A DNA stretch of 48,062 nt from Craspedostauros australis (lineage: Eukaryota), in NCBI GenBank assembly GCA_030167865.1, contig JALAGF010005683.1, positions 1 through 48,062 on the forward strand. The letters run 5' to 3'. The notes under the pieces are model-generated. The model worked only from the letters and a program-made list of their open reading frames with translations, did not search any database and was not told the DNA's origin. Within the stretch, counting starts at the first letter, position 1. The number at the start of each line of letters is the position of its first letter. Below are positions 20,437-33,665 of the stretch, piece after piece. A program made the position numbers and the translations under genes.

Positions 20437-23400
20437 CCTCCAACCAGATGACTCGAGACGTTTCAAGGCGATGCAATGGTCTATTGCTGCTTGTATTCCC
20501 GTGGCCTTCGGTCGTCTTTCCAGAGTACTTTTATAGTATGGTAGTCGTATGGTATGTGCGGTATGCACGAGTACAACCTTTGCATGTCCAGAGAGTGAGG
20601 CTGATGCTGTTGGTGGTGGTCTGCCAACATCGTTGATCCCAGACAAAGACATCACATCACGGACAACGAAGACCCATCATGACCGTTTCAGTCTCCACGG
20701 AATTTGTTCCTTCGACACAAGTGTTCGCAACGAACATGTCTGCCTGTCCGTCGACAGATACTAGCAAGCATTCGTTTTAGTCGTCGACTCAACGACTGAG
20801 GTTTGTGTTTCGACTCGATCGACTTTTAGGTGGTAGTTTGGGACATCGAAGGCAGATCGATGAGCCCGTGCGGATTGTCCCAAGCACAACATCGCGGTCA
20901 GTCATCCAAGACGAACGATGAGGACGGGCCACAGCCTTCCAACCCAGCAACATGGATGATTCAGTGCGATCAGCAAGCAAGATGGTTCCGTATCTCCCAG
21001 CTCAGCAGTCCGGCCGTGACCATTCGTCCGAATGATGGGTGACAATCCTTCTCTTCCGCATTCAAGACGCTCCCTTTGTTCCAAGGAGAGGGAGCGAAGG
21101 ATGTAGCGCGGCGGCCATGCCGATGGAGTGACCATAACTGCAGATTGCAGATCCGGAATGGTGGGACGGAACACCCGTTCTGACATCTCCACGGTCGAGC
21201 AACTCTCTCTCTCTCTCTCTACGACAACTCCCACTCCAACCCAAGATTTACTCTGCTCCATGGCCACGAAGTTATGCACACCTGCGACTCTTCGTATCGT
21301 CACCTCTCTACGAGTACAAGCGCCATACACAGACCATTCGAGTTCTCTCCTCGTGCACGCCGCAGAAGAAGACAGATTGCGCCCCGCTGCACAGCCGCGA
21401 GGTTTGTATCCACCCAAAATACACAGAATCGATCGAGGATCTCACCTGCAGAGGACACATTATCGACACGATCTCCATAGTACCTGTGGTCGCGCCGCCC
21501 ATCGTACCAGCGCCGGTGCTGTCATGGGCTTGTCTTTCTTGCTGGAGAGTTGAAACAGGGCACAGGAGACAGGAGGCAGGAGACAGGAATGTGTCAGCAT
21601 CTGTTGTTGAAATCGGCCTTTTTCCACCCAAGACCTATATCTACAAGTAGCTTGTACGCTGCGGCGATTCGTTGAGATTGGCATGCCCACAAACCGTGTT
21701 GGGTGCCGCATCGCTTCACCTCGCTTTCCGGCCCATCTGACGTAGCTCGTGTAATACATATACTACGAGTATGTATGTTGCCTTCCAAGGTGCATAGCTC
21801 GTAGCTCGTACGAGTACGAATAGACTACCAACTATTCTAGAAACAAGGTGGAGGTGGAGGCGTCAGTGTATTCGTGGAATGGACAGAACTCGGCTCTGCA
21901 TGAAAATCAGACTGAAGCGAGGATGTTACGAGTATTACTGGAATAGGACACTCGACGCTCACCAAACGAGCTCTCTCGAACGAGCGAGAGCGAGAGAGGG
22001 GTAGAGACCACTGACCAGACATGTTTCAATTAATCTCGACGGCATTTGGAAGCAACGACTAAGGTTTCGCATGTGCGAGCTTTCCAACTAGCAACACACT
22101 CGTCACGTTTCCTCCAACTCGCTTGGCGAGAAGTACTGGAGTGTACGGGTGTGAGCGGTCGACTGTGTGCGCAGTTCGTTGGGACGCGTACTCTCCGTGG
22201 CAACATATTACGGAATACGTACAATAGAGCTATTGCATGTAGCAGCCTCGCGTTTCTCATCGGATTCATCACACGGCCGGCGGTGGCGGAGACATGAACC
22301 AAATCAACCCTCTTCCTTGTGATGCTGGTGTTGCTGACGGTGCTTCTTGCCAATCCTGCCCGTGCCATCAATGACAATCGCCGTCGAGTGGATCTTGGCC
22401 GAGAAACGATGTGTGTGGAATTTCGCATCGAGTGAGTTATTCCACCACACTCTGTGGTATTTTTCTTATTCTGGAGAGAGGCAGAGAGGTCGCTATGTTT
22501 GCTCCACCCTGGCCTAAAATCATCGACATGACTCGTGCATACACACTCGTACGAGCACACGCGCTGGCGATGAGCCTTTGCCATTCTATTGCTTGGCTTT
22601 GGATGGAGGGGGTGTATAGCAACAATCACCATAGAGCGCTCGAAGCACTACTACACCACATGCAGTCCTTGTCATATAATACTATACGTATGGAGTGGCA
22701 TTTTGCGTTTGCATGGCAACTGCGACCTGAGCTTTCCTTTCTGAGAGGTCTTTGAATAAAGCGGTGTTGGAATGTGATGGACAGATTCGATGTTGCTGGT
22801 GCAAGCGCGGGAGCCTGGTATCGGCTGTTGTGTGTCTGGTACACGGACGTGTACCATGCACGTCGCAACGGCGCATCCATCCAATCTGCGCAGACTTGTG
22901 AGGATTTGGGGTCACACACCTCGATTCCGAGGTTGTCCGAAGAACCTTTCTTCCACCGACTGAAGCAGACCCACGCGAAGAAAGCTGGGCATTCGAGGGC
23001 AGTTGTGCGATGTGGTTCGTCGTGCTCCTTCTTCGCTTCCTGTTGCGAGAACCAACAAGGGCGGAATGCTCGGATAGCGTTATGCCCAAGTTGCGCATCG
23101 TCGAAAGGCGTTGACCACTCAGAATCTCCCTGTACATTTTGGAACCGGGACAGAGGACGCCACGAACTGGTTTCACAGAATAACACGAAGATTGCACCAA
23201 GAGAGGAGGGAAGCACAGAGTGCTGGATCGAAATCTGACATTCTGCGATCGATTCCGCAACACCACGCCAACAAGACAAGAGATGAGCTTCAGAAGCGCA
23301 CAACCGAACGGACGCTGCGTCATAACTGCTCACAGACTTGAAGCAGCTTCGGCAGTGATGGAATGCAGTACGAGAGCGCCGGGCCAAATTGTGAAGCTCT

Positions 23401-26400
23401 CAAATATGAAACGCGAGCGTAGTAACTCGTACGCAGACGTGAGCAAACGCGTTCAAATGTTCTGGCTGACGTTTGATGCCACGTTGCGAAGTGGGACAAG
23501 ATGAGCAGAAGCGGCGGCCAGTTCGTGAGAATGGTCGTTACTGCTGGATGCGCCGTTTACGTTGGCGAATGTGGGCGCTTGTCGGTCACTCATCTCCATT
23601 CTCCTCGCAATAGATCGCAGGCTTAATTCGAGTTGTACCCGCCAGCAAATCTGATCTGCCATCCATACTTGGGGCGGCAATCAGAGAACAGGATGGCGAT
23701 GCGATGATTATGTGACTGATGTCATCTCATGTTCGACGTGTGCCCATTGGGGATGGAACTTGTGTTCGTCGGTGTGCATTGAGAGCGCGAAGGGAAGGTC
23801 GCAGACTGCCCTTTTTGTTTCTGCCTGTGCAGGAACTGATGACGTGAACAAGCTGCACACACAAACACATCTGCTCTCTGTGTTTGTTATGGCGCGTCGC
23901 ATGGGAGTGCTGTGAAGACAGACGCTTCCGTACGTACAAAGGCGGCCCCAGGACTTGGCGTCAGCGAGGGCAAACGCGTTTGTTCGATACCTCAGAGAGA
24001 GACAGCAACAGCGCCCATCTGACGATGGAAAAATGTGCCCAGAAAGCCTTGAACATGACATTGATGCCTTGGCACGGCATCCAAAGGTTCTGCATCAGAA
24101 ACAGGGAGTGATTGTGTGGCGACCCCAACAGTTGGTTGTACTATATGTGCTTGTACGAGGCAGATCAGGAGACAATGAATCGTGCACAGAATAGCCTCCG
24201 CAGCAATGCTTGCACGGCGCATACGAGGTGTTCGTGCCGGTGCTCGGATTTGGACCTGCTGGATGTGTGCGATGCAGCGCTCCATAACATCTGGAGCGAT
24301 GTGGTGGAGGCCAGTCCAGCATGATCTCGCTCCAGTCGTCTTGTCGTGATCGCCGGTTGTTACGCAGAAATAGCAACAGCGAGAGACGACTGGAGCGAAA
24401 ATCGCCCCAAATCGAAAGTGGAGACTGCGAAAAGAGCACCGTCAGTCAAAGGCAATCGAATAACAAGATAAGAATGGCTCTCTTCGCCTGTGGCGGTGTA
24501 TTCGGATGTGTTCGCATGCCGTGCTGACAGTATTGTGCATGGTAGCTCGCAGAACGCGCACAGATGCGGTTTCTTGAGACATGAGGAGAACGCTCCGCAG
24601 AGTGAAAATCGAAGACGAACGCACACGAACATCCATGCACGAGTTGAGTGGAGTACTCCGCTTTGGGAGCCGGTGGGAATCGCACGCAGGGCATGGTGTG
24701 CTTCGCAACTTCCTTCAGCCGTATCGCCACAGAATGCACTCTTCGTGCTCTAGAACGGTTCCACTATTCTGGGTCAGACACGAGCGGTTTTGCCCTGGAG
24801 GGAAGATGTCACACACGACGCTTCACAAGCACACGTCGACTTTTGGGGGAGCAGGTTCGCCACAGTTGAGAAGGGAACTTGCAGTGCCTGGCATAAATCC
24901 GTTCGGCATCGAACGCCCGTTTTATGCGGTTGGTTATGCAGGTATGCCCTATTCGCAACTCGTTCTCTGTGTTCTCACGAGAGAAGTGGAGAGTCTTCCC
25001 TCGTTCAAGCTGTCAAACACACACATACTCGTGTGTACACAAAGTACCTGCTTCTCTCGACTCGTTGTTTGGGAGAACGATGAGTCATACAACTGCCCTG
25101 CTTCTGTTGTGCCAGGTGAAAGCGCAGACGAAGGGAATCGTGCAAGAACGCAGCAACAAAGGCGAAGAATGATGAAACTCAACGGGGGAACAATCATGTC
25201 ACGACTTCCGTGGCATTCTGCCCAAGAAACCGTGGCGATGTGCACAACTTACGCACATGCTTAAATATCCCCAGACGTACGTCGATGATTTCTCCGTCCG
25301 AAAGCGCTGCGTTCTTGCGGCAGGGGCACAGCATGCAGCAAATGCGGGACAAGTTAGGCATGCGCTTGTACCTTTTCGCTCTATTCCTTCATGTAACCCA
25401 AAACAGCTGCCTTGTCGCCTTGGTTCCGTGCAGTTTGGAGAAGTATAGCTCCTCCTCATTCGATGTTCGTGATTCTTGTCTATTCTGCACAGTCAACCCA
25501 ACCACTTCACACGAAGAATACTCTTATTTTGCGATGGACCAGTTGTCCACCTTGCGAGGACTCGTATGGTATGTACGTGAGCACAAGCGCGTATTTAGAC
25601 CCTGCACAGCAGTACCTGGTGTTGCGTAGGAAGCTACGCTGTTAATTGTGGACGGCGCTCGGCGATGTTCCCTGAGAGATTCTACTTGGTGGGGAGCGAT
25701 GATGTCCGGCCTTGTCCAAAGGCGACCTTCGCGTCATTCGTCGCGTCGGCCCATTACCACATTGATTTCTTGGCAACGAACGCGTACCTGAGAGTACTAT
25801 TGCGTAAATCTACGAGGTACAGTCGTTGAGGACAGTTGCCCCAAACGCATCACTGCCCCCGTCGCTTCAATCCGGCTTTGGCGCCCACTCCACTGCATCG
25901 ATGCACCCAACAAGAGAAAGTAGTTGCAGAGTACATTCGTCACCTCACCATTCATCACAGCTCGCAACACATGCGTGGCGAGGGTTGCCGTTGGTCACGC
26001 AATCGTTCGATACTTCGTTGAGGACTTCTCGCAGAGACTGGCCGCTTTTCACGTTCGTTGGATTCGGTACGACGGCATCTTCGTTGATCGTGAGGACTCT
26101 GCGTTCGTTCGCCGGTTTTCCTCGTTCGTTGCCGAAGCAGTTGTTTGTTGGATTGTTCGACGGCGCAATTGATGCGAAGAAAGCACCAATTGTAGAAGCG
26201 CGGAGAGGGAGAGAGAGGAAGAGAGCGAGGCGGATCGATCGCGCAGGGTTGCGCAAACGAAATGAATGTTCGCGCAATTTGTACTGGAGTGTACTAGTAG
26301 CTCGTACCACCCCAAAACCAAACAAACGGAACTCGAGGCACAAGGAGAGATGCGAGACCTTCGTTGTCCAAACAGGTTTTCGCACTGAGGCAAACGCAAG

Positions 26401-27609
26401 CGCTCTTCGCTGGTACCGCACCAGACAGGGTTGTGCTCTGCTCGTACGAGAAATCAGTACGCGCTGTACGCATTGATGCAACACAAACAGGCAAACGACC
26501 AAACACCCAAACACCCAAATAGCCAGAAGAGAGAGAGAGAGAGAGTTAGAGAAGGAGATCGTGAGTAACGAGCGCCTCTCGTTGGAACGCAGAATGCAAA
26601 TGCAAACGGTTTCGTCCCCCTTGTTCTACGTATGTCCTGGTCGCTCTCACCTTCGTCATCGTTGCTAAAGGATCGCTGTTGTGTTGAATGGCTGGACATC
26701 GCTTTGCTGGCACCACAACAAGCACGACCAACAAGTACAAGGCCTCAGACTCGACCTCAAACACAGAAGGCCAAACGCAAGACAGCGTCGCCAACAGGAC
26801 CACCCTTCCAGTCGCTGCCGTTACGCACAACTGATCTTTCCTCTACCTTTCCACGTCGTACCTCATCACAACGCGCACCGACAGCATTGGGAACACATCT
26901 CACCACACACTACTTCGCGCCTCCTTGTTCTCCCGTGCTCTGTGGCACTCGTATTGCACATGCCGTACAGGCTGCTTCACTCCTCTACCGTCCTCATACA
27001 CAGACACCACACCATACATACACCACTGTTCTACCACACGCTGGAAGGAGGAAACTTCTCATCCGAAACCACCACAAACGCTTGGCTGTTTGCGGCGAGT
27101 TGATTGGAAGGGTCCAGACATTGGTGCAGTGTGAAACCGAGCCGAGCCGAGCAACTGGCGTCAGAAGCCTACGTGTATTGCAACATACTCGCACCGCGTG
27201 CTGGGTAACGAACTTCAAGACGACGACTGGTACGATACTTGTGCTTGTGCTTGTGCTACTCCATCCAATTGCTGTTCAGAGCCGCAAAAATTCGACGGAC
27301 TTGTGACCATTCCAAATCTACAACACTGTGATTCATCCAGCAAGCCAGCCAGCTAAGTAGCTAGGCAACCACTTGTCCACTCACGCCGTCTTCGCGCAGG
27401 TTGCAACAATACCAATACGAACACAAAACACCCAGACTGAGACCCAGGCAACAACCAAGGCAACAGCAGAGACAATCAGAGACACACGCACACACACTAA
27501 CATAGAGAGTCAGGAGAGAGAGAGAGCCACGTCCATACATAACTCAGACGATCGGTTGGAACAAGGGCGGTAGTCGACGCGCACGTCGGGGTCGCGATTC
27601 ACGGGCAAC

Positions 27610-30600
27610 ATGGACCAGGCCCCTGGCAAAGCTGACGATGGCAAGAGGCATCTGAAAAGATTGGCTGATGCTGGACGACTTGTGGCCTCCGGCGTTGAGG
27701 CAGCGTCATCCCGATCTGCATCTCGCCCTTCGCCTCAGTCGTTCGACCGTAGCAGGCAGCATCACGATGTTCGCAAGCGCAAACGGGTACGTGAACGGCT
27801 GACTGCTGGCAGCGACGATGACGATGACAATGACAATGAAAATGACCGGGATGAAACGAAGGCTGACAACAGCGGTGGTGTTGTGGGTACTGGCAATGGC
27901 AATCGAGACGGAAAGGAGCACAATCACGATGACGATGACGACGACGACGATGACAGCGAGAGCACCAACGATAACGATGAAAGCGACGACGAGGATTCAG
28001 CTTCCTCCTCCTCGCAACTGTCCAAGTCAGCACGCAACGTTCGTCGGAAGGCAGGCTCGGGTGGTAGCCCTGCCACTGGTCTCCCCGGCCACAAGTTAAG
28101 TACCAAAGATACGGCCCAACAGAGATATGCTGCAAACGCCTCAAAGGATGTTGCATCAAGTGCGACGTCTGCGAAGTCGTCCACCAAAACGCCACCAACG
28201 CACGCCAATGCCTCACTTCAGCAGCCAAAGGCATCGAGCAAAACCAAGACGAAATCAAAAGGTAAGGGCAAGGGCGGAGCGGCAAGCGGAAACGCCGGCA
28301 ACAAGACGCGTAGCGGTCTTGTGTTTCCGTACCGGCTGCACCAGCTGCTGTCTGAGGTCGAGAAGAATGGCCTCGCCTCGGTGGTGTCATGGTTACCATC
28401 GGGAAAGTCCTTCAAGGTCCATGACAAGCTGAAGTTCGCCAAGCAGGTGATGCCCGTCTACTTCAACTCGACCAAGTACAAGTCGTTCCAGCGCTCGTTG
28501 AATGTCTGGGGCTTCGAATGCGTGGGAAGCGGACCCGACAAGGGTGCGATGCATCAGCTGCACTTTCGACGGGACAATGCGGAGCTCTGCAGACTCATGA
28601 CGCGCCAATCCATCAAGGACCCCACCCACATCTCCAACCAAGGGAAACTGAACAGATCGCAGCAGGCCAAGCACCAAGCAGCCGCTGCGAAACGACCACC
28701 GCCCGCCCAGCTGGCAACCATCGACAAGCCTACTAGGACTACCGCCGTCACGTCAGCGGCGCCGCCTCCCATGACTGCAGTTTCCGCCCAACAAAGCCAC
28801 ACTCTCCCGGCAGCTCACACAAGTGCATCCGCGGCCCCATCAGCAACCATGTTCGCAGCAGCGGCTGCGGCTGGCGGTGGCGATGTTTGGCAGCAGAGAT
28901 TGGCTGCGCCAGGCAGCGATTTTGCCATTCAGAGCCTGCTCAGCCGAGCTCGAGGATTGCCTGTTGTTCCCGGGGTGAACACGCTGCAAGGTCACGACAC
29001 TGCGGCTGCAGCCGCTGCCGTTTCCGCTGCGTCTGCTCTCGGTAGACAGCCACCGTACGCTCTGCTGTCAGAGCTGGGATTGCTGCACCAGCTACAGCAG
29101 CACCAGCACCAGCATGCGGAAGAAGCCCCATCACAATTGGCACGCAACGTGGCGACCACCGCATCGACCCGGCCAAAACCTCTTGCGGGGATTGTTGGTG
29201 AAGGTGGGGCGCAATTCAACAAACTGTCAACGCTGCAACATCAAGCACAACTCAGCTTCTCGCAGAAGCTGCACCACATTCTCTCGTCAGAGTCATTCTC
29301 ATCCATCATCGCGTGGAAGAGCAACGGCCGTTGCTTCCAAATCATGAACGTGCAACAGCTGGAACCTGCAGTCCTATCCATCGAGTTCCATGGCCAGAAG
29401 GCAGCCACGCTCACTGGCTTCCTGAACCAGCTGGAGGCCTTCAGCTTCGTTCAGGTCCCAACAGGCAAGAATGCCGGGTGCATATATCATGAGGTAAGAG
29501 ATGCAATCGTGCGATGCGCCTCCTTTTTTGTGTCTTGCCATGTCATACCATTCGATACGCTGTGCAACTAGTATTGGGTGATTTGATATGAGGTGGTGCC
29601 CCTTCCTTTGTTGTGAGCTGTGTCTGTGGATGGCTTTGGTGGATGTGTCTCTCCGATTGTTTGATGGAGGATGCCCCTTCTTCCTGTGGGCATCTAAATC
29701 TCATTCCCTGGATTATGAACGACCATTGGTTGCAGCGTATGGTTTACATCGTATGTCTACGTGCTGCTCTATGTAACATATTTTATGCTCTGCAACTCAC
29801 ACATTCGCATTGTCCTTCTGCAAGTCTGCCAGTGTGCACATTGATTTGCGTACATGTCTATTCGCACGTTTGATTTGCGATGGTTCGTCGAATGGATTCT
29901 CGTTTTTCTGACATTCTCATCCCCCTCAAATTGACCTTGGTTGTATGTGCCCATCTCAACACTTGTTTGTTTGATGTCACTATTCTATCATGCTCCTGTT
30001 TTCTATGCCATGTGCTGTGCTCGTATGCTGCATGCTGCATGCTCTCCCTTCATGTGACTGCAGCTAATGGTACGAGGTTTGCCACATCTGTGCCGCTACA
30101 TAGCCACGCCGGCGGACGCAAGAAGATTCGTTCCACCATCCGACATGACGTACAACTTCGACGCAGTCCTCGGCGCGTCAGGCAGTAGCAATGACGATCC
30201 AGACAAGCCTCCACGAAAGAATCCCAACAGCAGCGACGTCAGCCTCGGCGGTAGAAAGCTGGAGACGGCCAGGTCGTCGGGTTCAGCCACAAGCTCGAAT
30301 CAATCCGAGCTCCAGCAAGAAAGTGAGCGGAAACCGAAGCTCACGCAAGCGCAAGGGCAGGCAGCATCCATTTTCTCTGTCGTCCAAGGCGTCGAGAATG
30401 CCAGCCTTGCGGGCAGCTACTCAGCGCCAACCAACACCACGTCACCTCTCCTCTCTCACCAGGCCTTGCTCGCAAGCATGGCCACAGGAGGTGCAGGGAC
30501 CGAATCCAGCGCCAATGCTGCAGTTGCGGAGCTGATGGCACACCATGGAGGTGCAGGAGCTGGAATACTGAGCGACGACATCGTTTCGAAACTGGTCGCG

Positions 30601-31515
30601 ATACGAAGAGCGCAAGGCGATGCGGGGAAACCGTTCACCAGTGCCTCCATCGGTCGTTCGGTCGGGATAGGCGGCGTTGGGGATCCATCGACTGACATCT
30701 CTTCCATTGTGCAGGCGCTGGCTGACCAGCCAGCAGCAAAGGCAGCTCAGGCGCAGTCGTCTCAAGCTCAGGTGGATGCTGCAGCGATCGAAAGGCTCCT
30801 GCTGGCACGGCAAGCCGGAGCTTCCGGAGAGGGACAAGGCTTGGACGCACGCGCGAACCAGGCGCAGCTGTCAGCGATGGCACGGGGTGCAGGCTCTGGA
30901 TTGCTTGGCATATCGACAGATCAGACCACGCTGTTGCTGCAGCATAGCCAACAGCGACAGCAGCAGCAACAGCAGCAGCAGCGTGTGATGGATGCGCAAG
31001 AAGCAAGTCAGAAGCAACAGCAGCAGCTTTCGAAGCAAGCGCGGCATGCAGATCCTCAGCTTGAGGAGCAGCAGCGGCAGCTTCGATTCGTCGAGCAACT
31101 GCGTGCCGAAGCAGCCGGCGTGCCTTCCCAGGTGCCGGGGTTTGGCGGCATCGCCGGGATCGGCGCATTGGGGGGTAACGATGGGGGGAACGCACAGCTC
31201 GAGGCTCTACTAACTGCGAATAGATTGGCCGGGCAAGTCGAACCCGCGGCTAGCATTGCTGCGCCCACAGCGGCTCTTGCCCAGGCAGCGGCGTTGCAAG
31301 CCGGTGGGGGACAGTTCGCATCCAACGATGTATTCGCCACGGCGCTGAGACTGGCAAATGCGAGAGCACCACTGGCCACGCCCGCGAGTCGGGCCCAAGC
31401 ATCTGGCATGGCGGGGGCGGCACAGGCTGTTTCTGCCGCATCAACGACTTGGCAGGAAAGCACCCAACCAACACTCCAGGAGCTGATGGATGCGTTGCGA
31501 AACCAACAACGCTAA
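27610..31515 (+). CDS. Heat-shock-factor-type transcription factor with two HSF DNA-binding domains, join(27610..29493,30064..31515), ~1111 aa
   Basis: HSF domain 1: FPYRLHQLL...VVSWLPSGKSFKVHD...YFNSTKYKSFQRSLNVWGF. HSF domain 2: FSQKLHHIL...IIAWKSNGRCFQI...FLNQLEAFSF...GCIYHE|LMVRGLPHLCRYI, joined in phase 0 by a GTAAG...TGCAG intron. Q/A-rich C-terminus. Confidence 0.88.
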
Positions 31516-32426
31516 ACCACTTGGGTGACGGCATTGCAATCCCTTTTGGGCTCCTTTGGTGTTGGCAGTCGGTGCATGCCAGATGATACCAAGCACCCAA
31601 GTACCATTCCATTGGGCGCGTCGAAGAAAAACCCGAACACGATCGTTGTCGATCCTGCCTCAAGGACTGAGAGGGAAAGGCTGTGACGCAAAACGCGGAT
31701 GGCGAGAACCATGGGAATGCAGACACGCCCCTGTCTCCTAGCGTATTAATTGTCATACTCTTACCGTACTCGTATCTTGTTCTTCGATCCGTTCGCGAGT
31801 ACTCGGGCCAAATATAACACCCTCATACTATTCACCCCATCGTCTCTGACAGCCCATGGACACTCCCCCCCCCCCCCCAACGATCAAGCGCCTGTGTGAT
31901 TCGTTGTTGGTGGGGGCTGCGTTTTCATCTTCCGATGCCTCTCTCTCCAGAGCTGCGACTCCAAGATAGAATCAAGGCGAAGGTCTCCTTGCGAATCTTG
32001 CTTGAGTCATGCAAGTGTCTGATGCGACTGTTGGCTGTGGGGTGCTTGAAGTGGTCGATCGTGTCGAAGTGGCTGTTTCGTTTGTTTTTGTTTGTTCGAC
32101 CACCACGACTAAGCCACAACAACAAGCTTGCCGCGTCCACACCCATCACAACAACAAACCCACCACAAAAAAAAGACGCGACAAGGGGGCAACACACCAC
32201 AAGCACAGAGAAGACGCTGATCCAAGTATTGCACAGCTCGCAGCATCCTCGGACGAACAAAGAGACGACACATCAAGCACACCCGTACGACTAGTCGTCC
32301 ATCTTGCAACCATCAAACGACAACCTCCGGGCATCGTGGTGGCAGCCACACAATTGACGCGAAGAGTTCCACAGCACAGCATACCAAAGCAAAGCAAAGC
32401 GCACGACTCACTTTTCATCGCCAGCC

Positions 32427-32879
32427 ATGTCTTTCGTCAGAGCAGTGAAGCTCCGCGTTCCCGCCGGAGCAGCCAAGCCAGGCCCGGCGATCGGCCAGGC
32501 GCTGGGTCCGCTGGGCATCAACATGGCCCAGTTCTGCAAGGACTTCAACGAGAAGTCGGACACGATGTACGAGAGAGACACACCCGTGTCGGTGGAGCTC
32601 AACGCCCTCAGCGACAGAACGTACACATTCGACATCCGCAGCCCGCCGACGTCGTGGCTGATCAAGCAATCCATCGGCATGGACAAGGGACCGGGCTCCC
32701 CCAATGCCGGCAAGATGCCCAGCGGGCACATCACGCCGGAAGCCGTGTACGAGATTGCCAGGATTAAGCAGAAGGACAGCCACCGATGGCACATTCCGCT
32801 GGAGGGCGTCGCGCGGTCGGTTCTGGGAACTGCCAAGAGCATGGGCGTTGTCGTGAAGGCTGCGGATCCTGAGGAATAG
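32427..32879 (+). CDS. MRPL11: Ribosomal protein uL11, bacterial type, probably mitochondrial
   Basis: VKLRVPAGAAKPGPAIGQALGPLGINMAQFCKDFN...DRTYTFDIRSPPTSWLIK...VYEIARIK...SVLGTAKSMGVVV. Confidence 0.93.
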   Translation: MSFVRAVKLRVPAGAAKPGPAIGQALGPLGINMAQFCKDFNEKSDTMYERDTPVSVELNALSDRTYTFDIRSPPTSWLIKQSIGMDKGPGSPNAGKMPSGHITPEAVYEIARIKQKDSHRWHIPLEGVARSVLGTAKSMGVVVKAADPEE

Positions 32880-33665
32880 AGGATAGTGCGACAATGTCGA
32901 CGTCCACGTCTACTCATACGCATACCCATTCGCAAACAAATATACGAGTAATCGTCCTCTAGGGTGTTGGTGTTCTTCGAATGGTTGGCGGAGAGACACA
33001 AGGCTGAATTGTGTTCTCTCGAGTATTTGACTCCGAAGTGAGCAGATTGACCAACACCTGCAGAGAGAGGGACAGAACGCGCAACATGAAAGGATGATCT
33101 TTCTCCTTGCGTTCTCCCTCGCCAGCGTCTCACTGTATAAGTATGTATCCTAGAGTACGTATGATGAGCTGTGCGTCTCTCTTTGGTTTGATGTTTGATT
33201 GATCGCCATCATTTGGTGAGCGCGTTGCGCATCATCGTACGGCTGGCCGTAGCATGGAGGCGGACAGAGCTCGTGACTTGATCATGCTGACAACGATCGA
33301 ATCACGAGTTCGGCAATAGATTCCAAAGAAACCAGAAACGTGGATCGCCGAACACAAAATGACTGTTTCGCGACACCATCCTGCTTTGGACATACGCACG
33401 GGGATCCACAGTGCACACCATCATCATCGTCATCATCATCCATCGACCCCTTTCTCGCACTTCCTCCTGTGTTTCGTAACCGACCCAGCGTGAAGTTGAG
33501 AACGAATGATTGCTTCTCTAGCAGTCCAGGTCATTGCTCAGCTGGTTCGGTGATCGGAAGTCTCCCGTGAGGCTGCTGTCAAGGTCTACTGATCGCCAAA
33601 CCATCAGCGACATCAGCCACTTCAGCTTCACTGGTGCAAATGTGCAGCAGCGCCACCGTGCGAAG

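Noticed and set aside
22030..27306. Several 190-250-aa ORFs (22030-22632, 22626-23387, 24581-25264, 25826-26476, 26632-27306)
   Set aside because: Arg/Ser/Cys-rich composition typical of random frames, with no host-like codon bias and no transposase, RT or other motifs.
30067..31515. 482-aa ORF as an independent gene
   Set aside because: It begins with the C-terminal part of the second HSF domain right after a CAG acceptor, so it is better explained as exon 2.
31865..31878. Poly-C tract (potential G-quadruplex on the minus strand)
   Set aside because: Isolated homopolymer with no supporting context.
3942..32879. Apparent cluster of mitochondrial-targeted genes (dehydrogenase, NDUFB4, pseudouridine synthase, uL11)
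   Set aside because: Interspersed with unrelated genes over 29 kb; consistent with chance.
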